Shown here piece after piece: positions 52,992-64,000 of a DNA stretch of 64,000 nucleotides; the first letter of the stretch is position 1; each line of letters opens with the position of its first letter. A program made the translations under genes and the position numbers. The stretch comes from Terriglobia bacterium. Its GTDB lineage: Bacteria > Acidobacteriota > Terriglobia > 20CM-2-55-15. A model generated the notes under the pieces. It had not been told where the DNA came from. It saw only the letters and a list, made by a program, of their open reading frames with translations, and did not search any database. The stretch spans positions 205,346-269,345 of the forward strand of contig CBDCLE010000017.1 of NCBI GenBank assembly GCA_965218585.1, in the 5' to 3' direction.

Positions 52992-55076
52992 CTAGCCTAC
53001 CGTCGCTAGACTCGCCCAGCCCGCACGCCGGCCGAGATCGGCGATCAGCTTGTCTCGTTTGGCTTCATCGGCGACCCAACGCTGGGCCTCTCCACGCGCC
53101 TCGACCAGGATGTCCACGTCTTCGACGAGGTCTGCGATATGGAACTCCGGAATCCCGGACTGACGTGTGCCTGTGAGCTCGCCCGGCCCGCGCAGGCGCA
53201 GGTCTGTTTCGGCAAGCCGAAAACCATCGGTGGTGGCGGCAACCGCACGCACGCGTTCTCGGGCGACGTCTCCAATACGATCCGGCGTCATCAGGACACA
53301 CCCCGATCGGTCGGCTCCGCGCCCCACACGCCCGCGGAGCTGGTGTAGTTGTGCGATCCCGAACCGCTCGGCATGCTCGATCAACATCAGGGTCGCGTTG
53401 GGAACATCGACACCAACCTCGACGACGGTTGTGGATACCAGAATGCCGATTTCGCCTGCGTTAAAGGCGCGCATGACGGCCTCTTTCTCTTCTCCCTTCA
53501 TCCTTCCGTGCAGGAGGGCAACGCGGTCCGCTCCGAAGACTTCCGAAAGCTGCCGATAGCCTTTTGTCGCAGAACGGAGATCGATCTTCTCCGACTCCTC
53601 AATCAATGGATACACTACGTAGCATTGCCTCCCCTTTTCCAACTCCTGCCCAAGAAGGTTCTGGGCGTATCTACGCCGACGCTCTCCGATGTGGACCGTC
53701 CGAATTGGTGTCCGTCCCGGAGGCATCTCGTCGATGACGGAAACATCCAGGTCCCCATAGAACGTCATCGCCAGGGTGCGTGGAATCGGGGTCGCGGTCA
53801 TCACCAATGTATTCGGCCTCTTCCCCTTCTCCATCAGTCGAAGACGCTGCATCACACCGAAACGGTGTTGCTCATCGATGACGACCAGGCCCAATCGGGA
53901 GAATCGGGCCGGATCTTCCAACAGTGCATGTGTCCCTATCGCCAGTTGAATCGTGCCGTCGCTGATCTGGTCGAGTAATTCCGGTCGGTCTTTGGCTACG
54001 CCTTTCTTGATAAGAGCCACGTTGTATCCCAGAGGCTCGAGTACGCGCCTGGCGCTGATGTAGTGCTGCTCCGCCAGGATTTCCGTGGGCACCATCATGA
54101 CCGCCTGGTACCCGTTTTCGACGGCGACGACGATTGTTTCAAACGCCACGATGGTCTTTCCCGAACCCACATCACCCTGCAGCAGGCGATTCATCGGATG
54201 TGCTGCCTTCAGATCGTCGACGATCTCGGCAAAAGCACGCTTCTGGGCCAAGGTGGGATGGAAGGGGAGAATTTCCTTGAGACGCTCCCGGATTCCCTTG
54301 TTCGTTCGAAAACGGACTCCATCAACCGATCGCAACTGGTGTCTGCGCAACGCCAGCGTCAACTCGAGAAGTAGAAATTCCTCAAAGATAAACCTGCGGT
54401 GGTAGGGAGAACGCCGCCGGTTGAGCAGTTCGATGTCGTCTTCCAGGGTCGGTTGGTGCAGGGACCTGAGAGCCGTCCCGAGATCCGGCAGGTTGAAGCG
54501 GGACCGCATGTCTTGTGGCAACGGATCATGGAGTTCTTCCGCCAGTCCGTCGAGCGCGGCAGTCACGATGCCACCGAGATGGCGACTCGTGATTCCGGAG
54601 ACCTCTTCGTATATCGGCACGTAGCGCCCCAACTCTTCGGCAGAGGTGGCCTCTCCCTCGGGGAGTATTTCAAATTCGGGGTTGAACAGCACCATCCCCT
54701 GGTCGTACTTGTCGACCTCTCCCCTCCCCGTCAGGACCAGGGATACGCCTGGAACGAAAATCTTCTTTCGATAGAGCGGACCGCCATTGAACCACTTGGC
54801 GTGAGCATACGTATCGCCGTCGGTCAGGACGACATCCAGGAGGCGTCCCTTGGAGCGGGTGGGTATCAGACGGACGCTGTATACCTTGGCCAGAACAGTG
54901 CTGGATTCACCGGAGACCAGGGCATCGAGGGAGGCGAGGCGACTGCGGTCCTCGTAACGACGCGGGAAGTGCAGCAGGAGGTCGCCAACCGTGTGAATTC
55001 CTCGCGCCCCGAACAACGCGGCCCGTTTCGGACCGACGCCTTTGACGAATTGAATCTCTGAATCGAGATTTAGCAT
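52992..55076 (-). CDS. recG: ATP-dependent DNA helicase RecG
   Basis: LQGDVGSGKT, DEQHRFGV, MTATPIPRT, QLHQLRGRVGRG. Confidence 0.98.
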   Translation of the reverse strand: MLNLDSEIQFVKGVGPKRAALFGARGIHTVGDLLLHFPRRYEDRSRLASLDALVSGESSTVLAKVYSVRLIPTRSKGRLLDVVLTDGDTYAHAKWFNGGPLYRKKIFVPGVSLVLTGRGEVDKYDQGMVLFNPEFEILPEGEATSAEELGRYVPIYEEVSGITSRHLGGIVTAALDGLAEELHDPLPQDMRSRFNLPDLGTALRSLHQPTLEDDIELLNRRRSPYHRRFIFEEFLLLELTLALRRHQLRSVDGVRFRTNKGIRERLKEILPFHPTLAQKRAFAEIVDDLKAAHPMNRLLQGDVGSGKTIVAFETIVVAVENGYQAVMMVPTEILAEQHYISARRVLEPLGYNVALIKKGVAKDRPELLDQISDGTIQLAIGTHALLEDPARFSRLGLVVIDEQHRFGVMQRLRLMEKGKRPNTLVMTATPIPRTLAMTFYGDLDVSVIDEMPPGRTPIRTVHIGERRRRYAQNLLGQELEKGRQCYVVYPLIEESEKIDLRSATKGYRQLSEVFGADRVALLHGRMKGEEKEAVMRAFNAGEIGILVSTTVVEVGVDVPNATLMLIEHAERFGIAQLHQLRGRVGRGADRSGCVLMTPDRIGDVARERVRAVAATTDGFRLAETDLRLRGPGELTGTRQSGIPEFHIADLVEDVDILVEARGEAQRWVADEAKRDKLIADLGRRAGWASLATVG

Positions 55077-55134
55077 GGCGCACGAGAGTCATGAGTTGAA
55101 AGTTAAAAGCGCTGACTCCAACAACACTTAACTT

Positions 55135-56248
55135 TTAGTCACTTTCGACTTTCTCCGGATTCGCTTTCCATTGAAGAGAAGACTTGATGAATCTCTCCAG
55201 ATCGCCGTCAAGGACCCGGTCCACGTCACCCATTTCCACCTTGGTCCGGTGATCCTTGACCATGCGGTACGGAGCCAGGACGTAGGATCGGATCTGGCTG
55301 CCCCAGGCAATGTCGAGCTTGCTGTCTTCTATCGCCTGGGCCTCGGCCCGTTTTCGGGCCACTTCCGCCTCGTAAAGGCGCGCACGGAGGATCTTCATCG
55401 CCACGTCGCGATTCTTGTGCTGTGACCGTTCGTTCTGGCACTGCACGACGATACCTGTCGGGATGTGAGTGATCCGTACGGCAGAGTCGGTGACGTTCAC
55501 GTGCTGACCACCCGCTCCACTGGAGCGGTAGGTATCTATGCGCAGGTCCTTTTCGTCAATGTCCACCTGCACCTGATCGTCGATCTCCGGATAAACGGAA
55601 ACCGAAGCAAACGAAGTGTGCCTGCGTTTCGCTGCGTCGAACGGGGATATGCGAACCAGACGATGGACACCATTTTCAGTCGACAGATAACCGTACGCGT
55701 AGTCCCCTGAAATCGTAAACGTTGTCGATTTCAGACCCGCTTCCTCTCCGTCCTGATAATCGAGGATTTCAGTTTTATAACCGTTTTTTTCCGCCCAACG
55801 CAGATACATGCGCATAAGCATGGCGGCCCAATCCTGCGCCTCGGTTCCGCCTGCGCCCGGATGGATCGTGACGATCCCATTCAGCCGGTCGTTTTCCCCG
55901 CCCAGCAACATCTGGAATTCCACGCGCTCAACCAGCGTGTCGAGTTCGGCCAGGAGTTCGGGCAGTTCCTCACCGACGTCTTCGCCTTCACGCGCCAATT
56001 CGATCAGCGCTTCGGTATCTTCAACGTGACTTCGGATCTTGTTGTCTAACTCGATGCTTTCGTCGAGGCGGGCTTTCTGGCGGAGTATGTCGCTGGATCG
56101 TTCCTGGTCCGACCAGAAATCGGCTTCAGTTATGATCTTTTCAAACTCGCCAACACGCTTCTGCTTGGCAGGAGAGTCAAAGAAACCTCCGTATTTCCTG
56201 ACTGCGATCCTTGAGGCGCGAAAATCTTTCTAAGAGTTCGTCATTCAT
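55135..56248 (-). CDS. prfB: Peptide chain release factor 2, with programmed +1 frameshift
   Basis: SPF and GGQ motifs. The first 23 codons end in CGGAGG TTT CTT TGA C (CTTTGA at 56177-56182), with an internal SD. Confidence 0.96.
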
Positions 56249-56259
56249 ATCTGTTCTTC

Positions 56260-57795
56260 CTATCCCCCACCTGTGGCTCTCGTTCCCCGTGACATGAACA
56301 GCGTCACGGTGACCAGAAGCGCTGCCAGCAAAGCGAACACATCACCGAAACGTACATAGAACGTCAGATCGGAACGATAACCGGCTATGCCGTCAAGAAG
56401 GGTCCTTTCACCCAACTCAGTCTGGGAAACGACTGTGCCGTATGGATCGATGATCGCCGAAATACCCGTGTTGGCGCCCCGGATGATATATCGTCGATTC
56501 TCGACCGCCCGGACAAGGGACATCCGAATGTGCTGGTATGGAGCGGAGGTGGCTCCAAACCACCCATCGTTGGTGACGTTGACGATCACCTGGGCACCGC
56601 GCCGGGTGAATTGCCGCATCAATCCGGGAAAAACATCCTCGTAGCATATTGTCGCGGCGACCTTGTGATCGCCCAGAGACGTGAGCGTGTATTCCGACCC
56701 GGGAACGAAGTCGCCGACGTTGCGAACGAGTGACTCGGCAAAGAACAGAATGTTCTTCAGCGGAACATACTCTCCAAACGGGACGAGATGGATCTTGTTG
56801 TACCGGGAAATCTGTTCTCCGGCCGGAGAAAGAACCCCGACGCTGTTGGAAGGCAGCTCGTCGTCGAAATCGATGTATCCCAGCAGAAAATGAGCGTCGA
56901 GCGACCGCGCGATGGCTCCCATCCGGTAACGAAAATCCGCGTCCTGGCCCAGATAAAACGGGGATGGCGTCTCCGGCCAGATCACCAGGTCCGGATTCGC
57001 GGGTGCGCTGACCGACAGCGTATGAAGTTCGTCCATCAACCGCTGCTCGGCTGTGGCTTCCCAAGACTGTTCGATGTCGATGTTGGTCTGGACCAACCTG
57101 ACGGACAGCTCCTCCTCGGGAGGGGGCGGCTGTGGCGCGGGAAGGAAATTGACAATAAGCATGATCACTGCAGCGACACCGACGGTTCCGGGGCTCCCCG
57201 TTCTGAGACCAAGCGTCAGAAGCGACCCCACACCGACGAGCACGAATGACAACCCGTACACACCTGTAATTGTCACAAGCTGAAGGAGTCCCCCGTAAGG
57301 TGCAAGCGCGTATCCGGTGAGCATCCACGGAAAACCGCCGAAGATCGCATGGGTTTGAATCAATTCGACCAACACCCATGTGGGTGCAGCCAGCAACAGT
57401 CCCCAGGTCGGGAACCGGGCCAACTGCAGGCGCAGCAACACGGCAAACAGTGCGGTGTGGAGAGCAAATACGGCAACGAAGAGTGCAAAGACAGCCAGGG
57501 AGACGCCCAGCCCGAGCCCCCCATAGGTCGCCATCGTGTTGACGATCCAGTAACAGCTTCCTCCAAAGAATGCCACACCCGCTACGTATCCCACCGACAG
57601 CGTTTTCAATTTGGAATCTTGGGTCGAAATCGCCAACAGCAGCGGGACCAGGGCAATCCACGACAGGTAATAGAGATCGGGCTTTGGAAGTGCCAGAACG
57701 AGAAACGTTCCTGAGACTGCGGCCGCAACAAGTTTGGAGCCGGTCGAGGCGGGGGTTATAAATTGCCGAACGTTCATGGAAAACTTCGGGGTCAA
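56260..57795 (-). CDS. lnt: Apolipoprotein N-acyltransferase
   Basis: TM helices, WPET, KIHLVPFGEY, ICYE, TNDGWF. Confidence 0.95.
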   Translation of the reverse strand: MTPKFSMNVRQFITPASTGSKLVAAAVSGTFLVLALPKPDLYYLSWIALVPLLLAISTQDSKLKTLSVGYVAGVAFFGGSCYWIVNTMATYGGLGLGVSLAVFALFVAVFALHTALFAVLLRLQLARFPTWGLLLAAPTWVLVELIQTHAIFGGFPWMLTGYALAPYGGLLQLVTITGVYGLSFVLVGVGSLLTLGLRTGSPGTVGVAAVIMLIVNFLPAPQPPPPEEELSVRLVQTNIDIEQSWEATAEQRLMDELHTLSVSAPANPDLVIWPETPSPFYLGQDADFRYRMGAIARSLDAHFLLGYIDFDDELPSNSVGVLSPAGEQISRYNKIHLVPFGEYVPLKNILFFAESLVRNVGDFVPGSEYTLTSLGDHKVAATICYEDVFPGLMRQFTRRGAQVIVNVTNDGWFGATSAPYQHIRMSLVRAVENRRYIIRGANTGISAIIDPYGTVVSQTELGERTLLDGIAGYRSDLTFYVRFGDVFALLAALLVTVTLFMSRGTRATGGG

Positions 57796-58358
57796 TTCCT
57801 GACGATCGGCTGATACCCTTCGTTCTCCAAAAGCGCCCGGACACGTTCGACCTCAGCTTCGTCGCTGAAAGGACCTACCTGAACGCGGTGGAGAGCGGAT
57901 TGATCGTCCGGTGCAGGCCGTACGACAAAAGCTGGAAAGCCTTTCTCTGCAATTTCGGCTCGGAGCGTTTCCGCCTGATCCGGGTTGCTCAGAGCCGCAA
58001 TCTGAAGTGTGATGGCAACATCCCCATCGGGCTGGGCAACGACAAGGGCGGCCGGCTCCGGTTCCGGTGGCAGCGGCACGGGTGCCACAGCAGCTTCAAT
58101 CGCGGATTCGGCTCCAGGAGCGGACTCCAGAGGTGGCGGTTCGCTCTCCTCCACCGTCTCGTAGAACCGCAAATCAAGGTCTTCCGGTGATTCCTCAGGA
58201 GGTGTTTCGTCGGTAATCACAGCGACCTCTGCAATTGTCGGGAGTTGAGCCCGGCCGACCAGCATTCCAAGAATAAAGAAAATCGAGCAGAGGACGACGA
58301 CCCCCCCGAAGATCAACAACGTGAAATTGTGTCCTTTCCAGGAATGTTCGTCCATCAA
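57792..58358 (-). CDS. SPOR-domain membrane protein (FtsN/DedD-like)
   Basis: N-terminal TM helix, Pro/Glu linker, LQIAAL...HRVQVGPF. Confidence 0.85.
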   Translation of the reverse strand: MMDEHSWKGHNFTLLIFGGVVVLCSIFFILGMLVGRAQLPTIAEVAVITDETPPEESPEDLDLRFYETVEESEPPPLESAPGAESAIEAAVAPVPLPPEPEPAALVVAQPDGDVAITLQIAALSNPDQAETLRAEIAEKGFPAFVVRPAPDDQSALHRVQVGPFSDEAEVERVRALLENEGYQPIVRN

Positions 58359-58367
58359 GTCGACTCT

Positions 58368-59147
58368 CTAACCGCTATTGCTGTCCGTTTTTCCCTTCAT
58401 CAAGTGTTCCTGGAAGTAAGACAACAGGTCGACGGGAAGAGGGAAAACGATCGTGGTGTTTTTCTCGAGACCGATTTCCGTCAGAGTCTGCAGATAGCGC
58501 AATTGGAGCGCCACCGGCTCTGCGGCGATTACGTTGGCGGCCTCGCCCAGCTTGGCAGCTGCCTCGAATTCACCCGCGGCGTGGATGATCTTGGCCCGTT
58601 TCTCTCGTTCGGCTTCGGCCTGCCGCGCCATCGCGCGCTGCATGATCTCGGGCAGATCGACACCCTTGATCTCGACGAGCGACACTTTGATGCCCCACGC
58701 GTCGGTGTGCTGATCGAGAATGTCCTGTAGCCTCATGTTCAGCTTCTCGCGCTCGCTGAGCAACTCATCCAGGCTGGCCTCACCCAAGACGGAACGCAGC
58801 GTGGTCTGCGCCAGCTGCGACGTCGCATAAAGAAAATTCTCGACCTCGACGATGGCTCTGTCTGCTTCAACGACACGGAAATAAACGACGGCGTTCACCT
58901 TGACCGAAACGTTGTCCATCGTAATGACGTCCTGAGTGGGAACATCCATAGTGATAGTTCTCAAGCTCACCCGGACGATCTTGTCGATCGGCCAGAAGAC
59001 CCAGATCAACCCCGGGCCTTTCGGATCGGGCAACAGCCGGCCCAACCGGAATATGACGCCACGCTCGTACTCGCGAAGAATGTTGAGAGAGTTAAAAAGC
59101 CAGATCAGAATGATAACCAGCGCTACGAGTCCGATATTCACGTTCAT
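58368..59147 (-). CDS. Slipin/stomatin (SPFH) protein
   Basis: [31 protein letters not shown]. Confidence 0.95.
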   Translation of the reverse strand: MNVNIGLVALVIILIWLFNSLNILREYERGVIFRLGRLLPDPKGPGLIWVFWPIDKIVRVSLRTITMDVPTQDVITMDNVSVKVNAVVYFRVVEADRAIVEVENFLYATSQLAQTTLRSVLGEASLDELLSEREKLNMRLQDILDQHTDAWGIKVSLVEIKGVDLPEIMQRAMARQAEAEREKRAKIIHAAGEFEAAAKLGEAANVIAAEPVALQLRYLQTLTEIGLEKNTTIVFPLPVDLLSYFQEHLMKGKTDSNSG

Positions 59148-60544
59148 TGCTGCTCCTCGTTTTCGGTTTCGACCTCAAGGTTGAGTCCGTCCATCTTCAT
59201 AACCCTAATTCTAGCTCCCTGGGAAATAGGAGTCTGGGAATGCGCTCCCCAGTATTCGCCATGAACCATGACCTTTCCGTAACCGTCAATGCTAGTCGAT
59301 GCGATTCCAGTCAAGCCGACCATTCCTGCCATACCTGTCACCGCCTTCTTGCGGTGGGAAACCAATATAAGACGTACCAGGAAAACAGTAATCAGTGCGA
59401 GCGGAAGCGTCACCGCCATCACAGTCGGCAATTGAATGCGCAGTTCTGGAATCGGACCGTCAACGAGCAACAGTCCACCCGCGATCATCGCCACGACACC
59501 GCCCATTGCAAGGATGCCGCTACTGGGGACGGTCGCTTCCACCACGAACAGGGCAATTCCAAGGACGAGCAGCAAGACTCCTGTGAGGTTAACAGGAAGA
59601 AGATTGAAGGCGAACAGAGCCAGGATCAGACTGATGCCGCCAATGACTCCAGGAAAAATCATGCCGGGGCTGGTTATTTCAAGGTAAAGCCCCACGAGTC
59701 CGAGCAAGCCCAGCACAAGAGCTACGTTCGGATTGAGGATCGTCGAGAGTAGTCTCTCTCTCGAAGTCATCTCGAACACCTCGACCGTAGCGCCTTCCAG
59801 GGTCAAGAGCTCAACCGAATCATCGAAACGTGTTATTTCCTCTCCGTCGAAGACCTCGATCATTTCGTTGACGTTGCCCACAACGGCATCGATCAGACTG
59901 TTCTCGAGCGCTTCCTCCGCGGTAAACGCCCGGCTTTCGGTAACAGCCAGTTCCGCCAGTTCGGGGTTTCGGCCACGCTTAGCCGAGTAGCTGCGCAGGA
60001 AGGCAGACACGTCATTAACGATTTTCTGCTCCATCACTTCGTCGATCTCGCCTCCCAGGGACGAGACCGGATGCGCCGCACCTGTATTCGTACCCGATGC
60101 CATTAGAGCCAGATCGCCTGAGAGTAGGATGAAGAAACCCGCTGAAGCGGCGCGTACTCCGCTGGGACCCACCCACACAATGACAGGAATCTCCGAGGCC
60201 AGAATGTCCTCAACAATGAGTCTCATCGAATCGACGAGCCCTCCGGGAGTGTCCAATCGAATGACGACTGCAACCGCGCCAACTTCCTGGGCCCTTTCCA
60301 ACCCGGCGGCAACGTATTCTGCACTGACCGGATGGATGATATCCGCCAGTTCGATTTGGACGATCGTCCGTCCTTGAGCCTGGGCCGGACGCATGGACGG
60401 GAGAGCGCCGAGCAAGCCGATGGCCAGGCCAGCGGTCAAACAACCGAAAACCAACGCACGTCGAAAGAGTGGGGCTCTCCGATGGATCCTCGAGAGCCTT
60501 CCAGTTCGACACGCTAAGCCGCGTTCAGTATGTGGCCGAATCAT
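59144..60544 (-). CDS. nfeD: NfeD membrane-bound serine protease
   Basis: [21 protein letters not shown]-terminal OB fold VHGEYW; paired with slipin. Start uncertain. Confidence 0.92.
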   Translation of the reverse strand: MIRPHTERGLACRTGRLSRIHRRAPLFRRALVFGCLTAGLAIGLLGALPSMRPAQAQGRTIVQIELADIIHPVSAEYVAAGLERAQEVGAVAVVIRLDTPGGLVDSMRLIVEDILASEIPVIVWVGPSGVRAASAGFFILLSGDLALMASGTNTGAAHPVSSLGGEIDEVMEQKIVNDVSAFLRSYSAKRGRNPELAELAVTESRAFTAEEALENSLIDAVVGNVNEMIEVFDGEEITRFDDSVELLTLEGATVEVFEMTSRERLLSTILNPNVALVLGLLGLVGLYLEITSPGMIFPGVIGGISLILALFAFNLLPVNLTGVLLLVLGIALFVVEATVPSSGILAMGGVVAMIAGGLLLVDGPIPELRIQLPTVMAVTLPLALITVFLVRLILVSHRKKAVTGMAGMVGLTGIASTSIDGYGKVMVHGEYWGAHSQTPISQGARIRVMKMDGLNLEVETENEEQQ

Positions 60545-60596
60545 CTTCTGATTATAACAAACGGCTTGTAAACCAGTTCGTTTCCGTAACTTTGAA

Positions 60597-60683
60597 TTAA
60601 AACGGGGACAGTGAGCAATTCGACTTTTCCGTAGAATCCCGGCGAAGTTGGAGTTGCTTAATTGCTCACTGTCCCCGTTTTAA
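60597..60683. repeat. 24-bp perfect inverted repeat element (GGGGACAG/CTGTCCCC type)
   Basis: TTAAAACGGGGACAGTGAGCAATT ... AATTGCTCACTGTCCCCGTTTTAA. Confidence 0.85.
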
Positions 60684-60716
60684 ATACGTTGTTTGCCAGG
60701 CTGCTACAATTCACTT

Positions 60717-61886
60717 ATGCGTATCGCCATCGACATCCGTAAGGTCAACGAGTTTGGTGTCGGCACGCACGTCTGGAATCTTGTTCGCAACCTGTCGGAG
60801 AGAGACCAGGTCAATCAGTACTTCCTGATCGGATCCCAACGCCAATTTCTCGAATTAGGACCGCTCGGGAAGAATTTCGGGCATATCAACATCCCGGAGG
60901 ACACCAGCTTCTGGAACCTCCATGTACGCATCCCATTCCGACTGCGGAAAAACAAGATCAACGTCTTCCACGTGCCCCACTACGAAGCACCTCTGCTGGT
61001 CGGGTGCCGCCTGGTCGTTACGATTCACGACTGCGTCCATCTGCTGTTCCCTCAAGAGGGTTCGTCAAAGTTCGAGAACTACCGGCACTACCTCTACACC
61101 AAGCACGTCGTCCGCTCTGCGGACCACGTCATAGCCGTCTCAGAATCGACACGGCAGGATCTGATCAGTATCTTCGACCTGCCGGCCCACCGGGCCTCTG
61201 TGGTGCACAATGCCCTGGATGGCCGCTTTTCCGTGGCACCTGAACCTCAAGAGCAGTTGCAGGTCCTGGAACGTTACCAGCTCAAAGATCCCTTCATTCT
61301 CTATTCGGGGCAAATCAAGCCGCACAAGAACGTCGATCGTTTGATTGAAGCCTTTGCTGTCCTGAAAAGCGAGCTCGGCGAGAATAAGAAGTACAAGAAT
61401 CTGAAGTTGATCATCATCGGAGACAAGCTCAGCAACCATCAGTACCTTCGACTGACTGTCGTCCGGAGCGGTGTGCAGCAGGACGTCCGGTTCTTCGGTT
61501 TCGTTCCCTATGCGATTCGTCAGGTGTTTTACGAGGCAGCGGTCGTGTTCGCATCGCCATCACTCTACGAAGGCTTCGGCCTGTCTCCACTGGAGGCAAT
61601 GGCACACCGGACTCCGGTAGTGGCCTCGAACACTTCCTCTCTTCCGGAAGTCCTCGAGGATGCCGCCATCCTCATAAACCCGGAAAACGTCTTCGAAATC
61701 GCTCGCGGGATCAAGCGACTTCTGATCGACCAGGTATTCCGTCAGGAAGTCATAGAAAAGGGTTTGAAGCAGGTAGCGAAATTTTCCTGGCGGACAGCGG
61801 CGGAAAAGGCTATCGAAACCTATGCGATTGCCGCGGCGGGCCGGAAGGCGAGAAACGTAGAAGCGCCCGCAGGTAATGTCTCTTAA
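60717..61886 (+). CDS. GT4 glycosyltransferase
   Basis: VVTIHD, IAVSEST, HKNVDRL, SLYEGFGLSPLEAM. Confidence 0.92.
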   Translation: MRIAIDIRKVNEFGVGTHVWNLVRNLSERDQVNQYFLIGSQRQFLELGPLGKNFGHINIPEDTSFWNLHVRIPFRLRKNKINVFHVPHYEAPLLVGCRLVVTIHDCVHLLFPQEGSSKFENYRHYLYTKHVVRSADHVIAVSESTRQDLISIFDLPAHRASVVHNALDGRFSVAPEPQEQLQVLERYQLKDPFILYSGQIKPHKNVDRLIEAFAVLKSELGENKKYKNLKLIIIGDKLSNHQYLRLTVVRSGVQQDVRFFGFVPYAIRQVFYEAAVVFASPSLYEGFGLSPLEAMAHRTPVVASNTSSLPEVLEDAAILINPENVFEIARGIKRLLIDQVFRQEVIEKGLKQVAKFSWRTAAEKAIETYAIAAAGRKARNVEAPAGNVS

Positions 61887-61936
61887 GAAGTCGTGAAGTT
61901 GATGGTGGCGGGCAGCTGAGTGCTGACTCTGCCCAG

Positions 61937-62553
61937 CTATTCCGGGTCGCTAGGCCCCAGTGGATTAGTCTCCCGGACTTCCTCGAACATGATGTTGGAG
62001 ACCATTGCTATCCGGGTTCCAGGAGTATCCACGTGCGTCGTAATTCCCTGACGGGTGATACTCAGATCCCGCCCGACGATGCTGATCGACTGAGGACCGG
62101 GTTGTGTGGTGATTATTATCGTCTTTCGGGACAGTGGCGTCACGTATCGATCAATCTCTGCGTCACTTGCCCGAAGGAGACCCTCCTCGAACTGTGCATC
62201 CTCACCGATCATGTCTAAGATCGTATAGGTTCCCAACCGATTCGTGCCGCCGGTCACGATTTCGACGACCGTCATGATTTCGGCCGGCAAGCCAAAGTCG
62301 GCAGACAGACCCACACGGTGATGAAGATCAAACGTGAGCTTCCCCCCTTCTGCGTATAGGGCAGCTTGATCAGGACTCCGTCGGCGGGCTGACTCGATAT
62401 CGAGACGTCGTAGTAGTCGGTTCCGCTGGTTTCACCTGTTCCGAAAAACAGATTGTCATCGGCTCGAATCGCGTAAGCCGCGTCCTGGGCGGGGGCGGGT
62501 ATCTCGGACAGCAGCGGCGAAGCCCACAACAACGTTACCAGCAAGAGACGCAT
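61937..62553 (-). CDS. Secreted hypothetical protein, apparently frameshifted near 62315
   Basis: A signal-peptide ORF with GGAGG SD (62272-62553) overlaps the downstream ORF (61937-62314) in a shifted frame. Confidence 0.5.
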
Positions 62554-62575
62554 CTAAACCTCCGGTCGGAATTCC

Positions 62576-62977
62576 CTAGACTATAGCATGAAGCTCCATC
62601 TCGAGAACCTCTTGCCCGATAATCCGGTACGCACGGATTTCCGGGTCCAGGGCAGCCAATGAAACGATCACATGTGCACAATCCGGATAGTGTGCATCAG
62701 CCACGTCACGTTCGGAGGGAACCGCGGGTCCCTTGGGATGGGAATGAAATATGGCCAGCAGATCTTCTCCCGAGGATCTTAGTCGCCGAAACATATCGAA
62801 GAGGAACTGGGGTTCTACTTCGAAAGCCGTCTCGCTCCCGAGCACATTGGGAGCCGCAATAAAACGTCGCACGTCGCTTGCATGGCCGACCAGGAATCCA
62901 CAAGCTTCTTCGGGAAGGCAATTCCGGGCATGCGCAACGACTTTGTCGAGAATTTCGGAGTCGATGGAGATCCTCAC
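62576..62977 (-). CDS. JAB/Mov34 (M67) metallopeptidase
   Basis: PEEACG, FHSHP..P.PSERD JAMM motif. Confidence 0.9.
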   Translation of the reverse strand: MRISIDSEILDKVVAHARNCLPEEACGFLVGHASDVRRFIAAPNVLGSETAFEVEPQFLFDMFRRLRSSGEDLLAIFHSHPKGPAVPSERDVADAHYPDCAHVIVSLAALDPEIRAYRIIGQEVLEMELHAIV

Positions 62978-64000
62978 GAGAATATCTTTCCGGGATTCAT
63001 GATTCCGTTCGGGTCAAGAGCCTGTTTGACCGCCTTCATGGCGGCGATTGCTTCCGGGCTCAAGGCCAATCCAATGAACGGGGATTTCATAATCCCCACG
63101 CCGTGCTCGCCGGAAATGGTGCCACCCATCTCCACCGCCAGTTCGAACACGCGCGCCTTTGCCGCTTCCACCCGCCCGAGTTCATCTGCATCGGAAGCAT
63201 CCATCATCAAGTTGACATGGATATTGCCATCTCCGACATGACCAAAGCAGACAATGGGAAGACCGCATTCAACTTCGAGTAGTTCCATCGCGTCCAGATA
63301 GTCGGGAACCCGTCGACGTGGAACGACCACATCTTCATTTACCTTATTTGGTCGGATTCGGGCCACGGCGGGAGAGAGGTACCGTCGGAGTTCCCATAGC
63401 TCATCGCCGCTGCCAGGCTTAACCACTTCTATCGCATCCGGCTCGAGAACTTCACGCACTCGCCGGAGGCCGTTTTCGAGCGAAAACGTGTCCCCATCCA
63501 CTTCAACGAGCAGTAATGCCTTTACGTCATCAGGGAGATCAACAGGGGTTTGGATACCTTCTTCGTGAATGTAGTTTCGAAGCGCCGTGACGGACTGCCG
63601 ATCTACGAACTCCAGCTTCGAAGGAACGATGCCCCTCTCCACGAGCCGATTCGCCGACTCCGCCGATCGCCGAACGGAAGAGTACAGAGCCATCAGAGTA
63701 CCTGCGGCCGCCGGACGCGGCAACAACCGGAAAATGATCTTCGTGATGATCCCCAGCGTCCCTTCGGACCCACACATCAAATCAGTCAGATCGTAGCCAA
63801 CAGCGTTCTTAACGACGCGGCCTCCCGTCGAAATAAGCGCTCCGGTCGGAAGAACCACATCCAGCCCCATCAGAAACTGACGTGTCACCCCATATTTGAA
63901 AGCCCTCGGACCACCCGCGTTGTGGGCTACGTTGCCCCCAACCGTGCATTCCTTGAGACTGGCAGGGTCCGGAGGGTAAAACAGACCCTGGGATTCCACG
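62974..64000 (-). CDS. FAD-linked oxidase (GlcD/D-lactate dehydrogenase-like), partial at window edge
   Basis: PPDPAS, GSEGTLG, GHVGDGNIH, SGEHGVG, DPNGIMNPGK. Confidence 0.9.
   Translation of the reverse strand, partial: VESQGLFYPPDPASLKECTVGGNVAHNAGGPRAFKYGVTRQFLMGLDVVLPTGALISTGGRVVKNAVGYDLTDLMCGSEGTLGIITKIIFRLLPRPAAAGTLMALYSSVRRSAESANRLVERGIVPSKLEFVDRQSVTALRNYIHEEGIQTPVDLPDDVKALLLVEVDGDTFSLENGLRRVREVLEPDAIEVVKPGSGDELWELRRYLSPAVARIRPNKVNEDVVVPRRRVPDYLDAMELLEVECGLPIVCFGHVGDGNIHVNLMMDASDADELGRVEAAKARVFELAVEMGGTISGEHGVGIMKSPFIGLALSPEAIAAMKAVKQALDPNGIMNPGKIFS

Noticed and set aside
56417-57844. 475-aa alternative-frame ORF
   Set aside because: Overlaps lnt in another frame with no recognisable motifs; GC-rich artefact.

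Overview
The window has two parts. Bases ~1-32,700 are a heavily decayed accessory island whose right edge is the 3' end of a minus-strand tRNA-Gly(CCC). It holds a group II intron split by an IS1182 element, two separate plasmid-type parA/parG-like/repA modules, HigBA and RelE/ParE-type TA pairs, IS701/IS256/IS3/IS21/IS5 elements (several nested), a 108-bp MITE with IS1182 ends, a fragmented Dsr1-like SIR2 defence gene, an IS-split HtrA protease and several gene remnants. Bases ~32,800-64,000 look like intact chromosomal backbone of a diderm bacterium, most consistent with Acidobacteriota (inferred from tandem VWA genes, DUF6152 and the PQQ protein type). This part carries a Tat flavoprotein/beta-sandwich protein/di-haem cytochrome c operon, an AbiEii-like pair, kdsB-pyrG-kdsA-kdsC, a PQQ dehydrogenase, mutY, coaD, rsmD, recG, frameshifted prfB, lnt, nfeD/slipin, and REP-like and other palindromic repeats. 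All calls come from reading motifs by eye; no database searches were run. No CRISPR array was seen.
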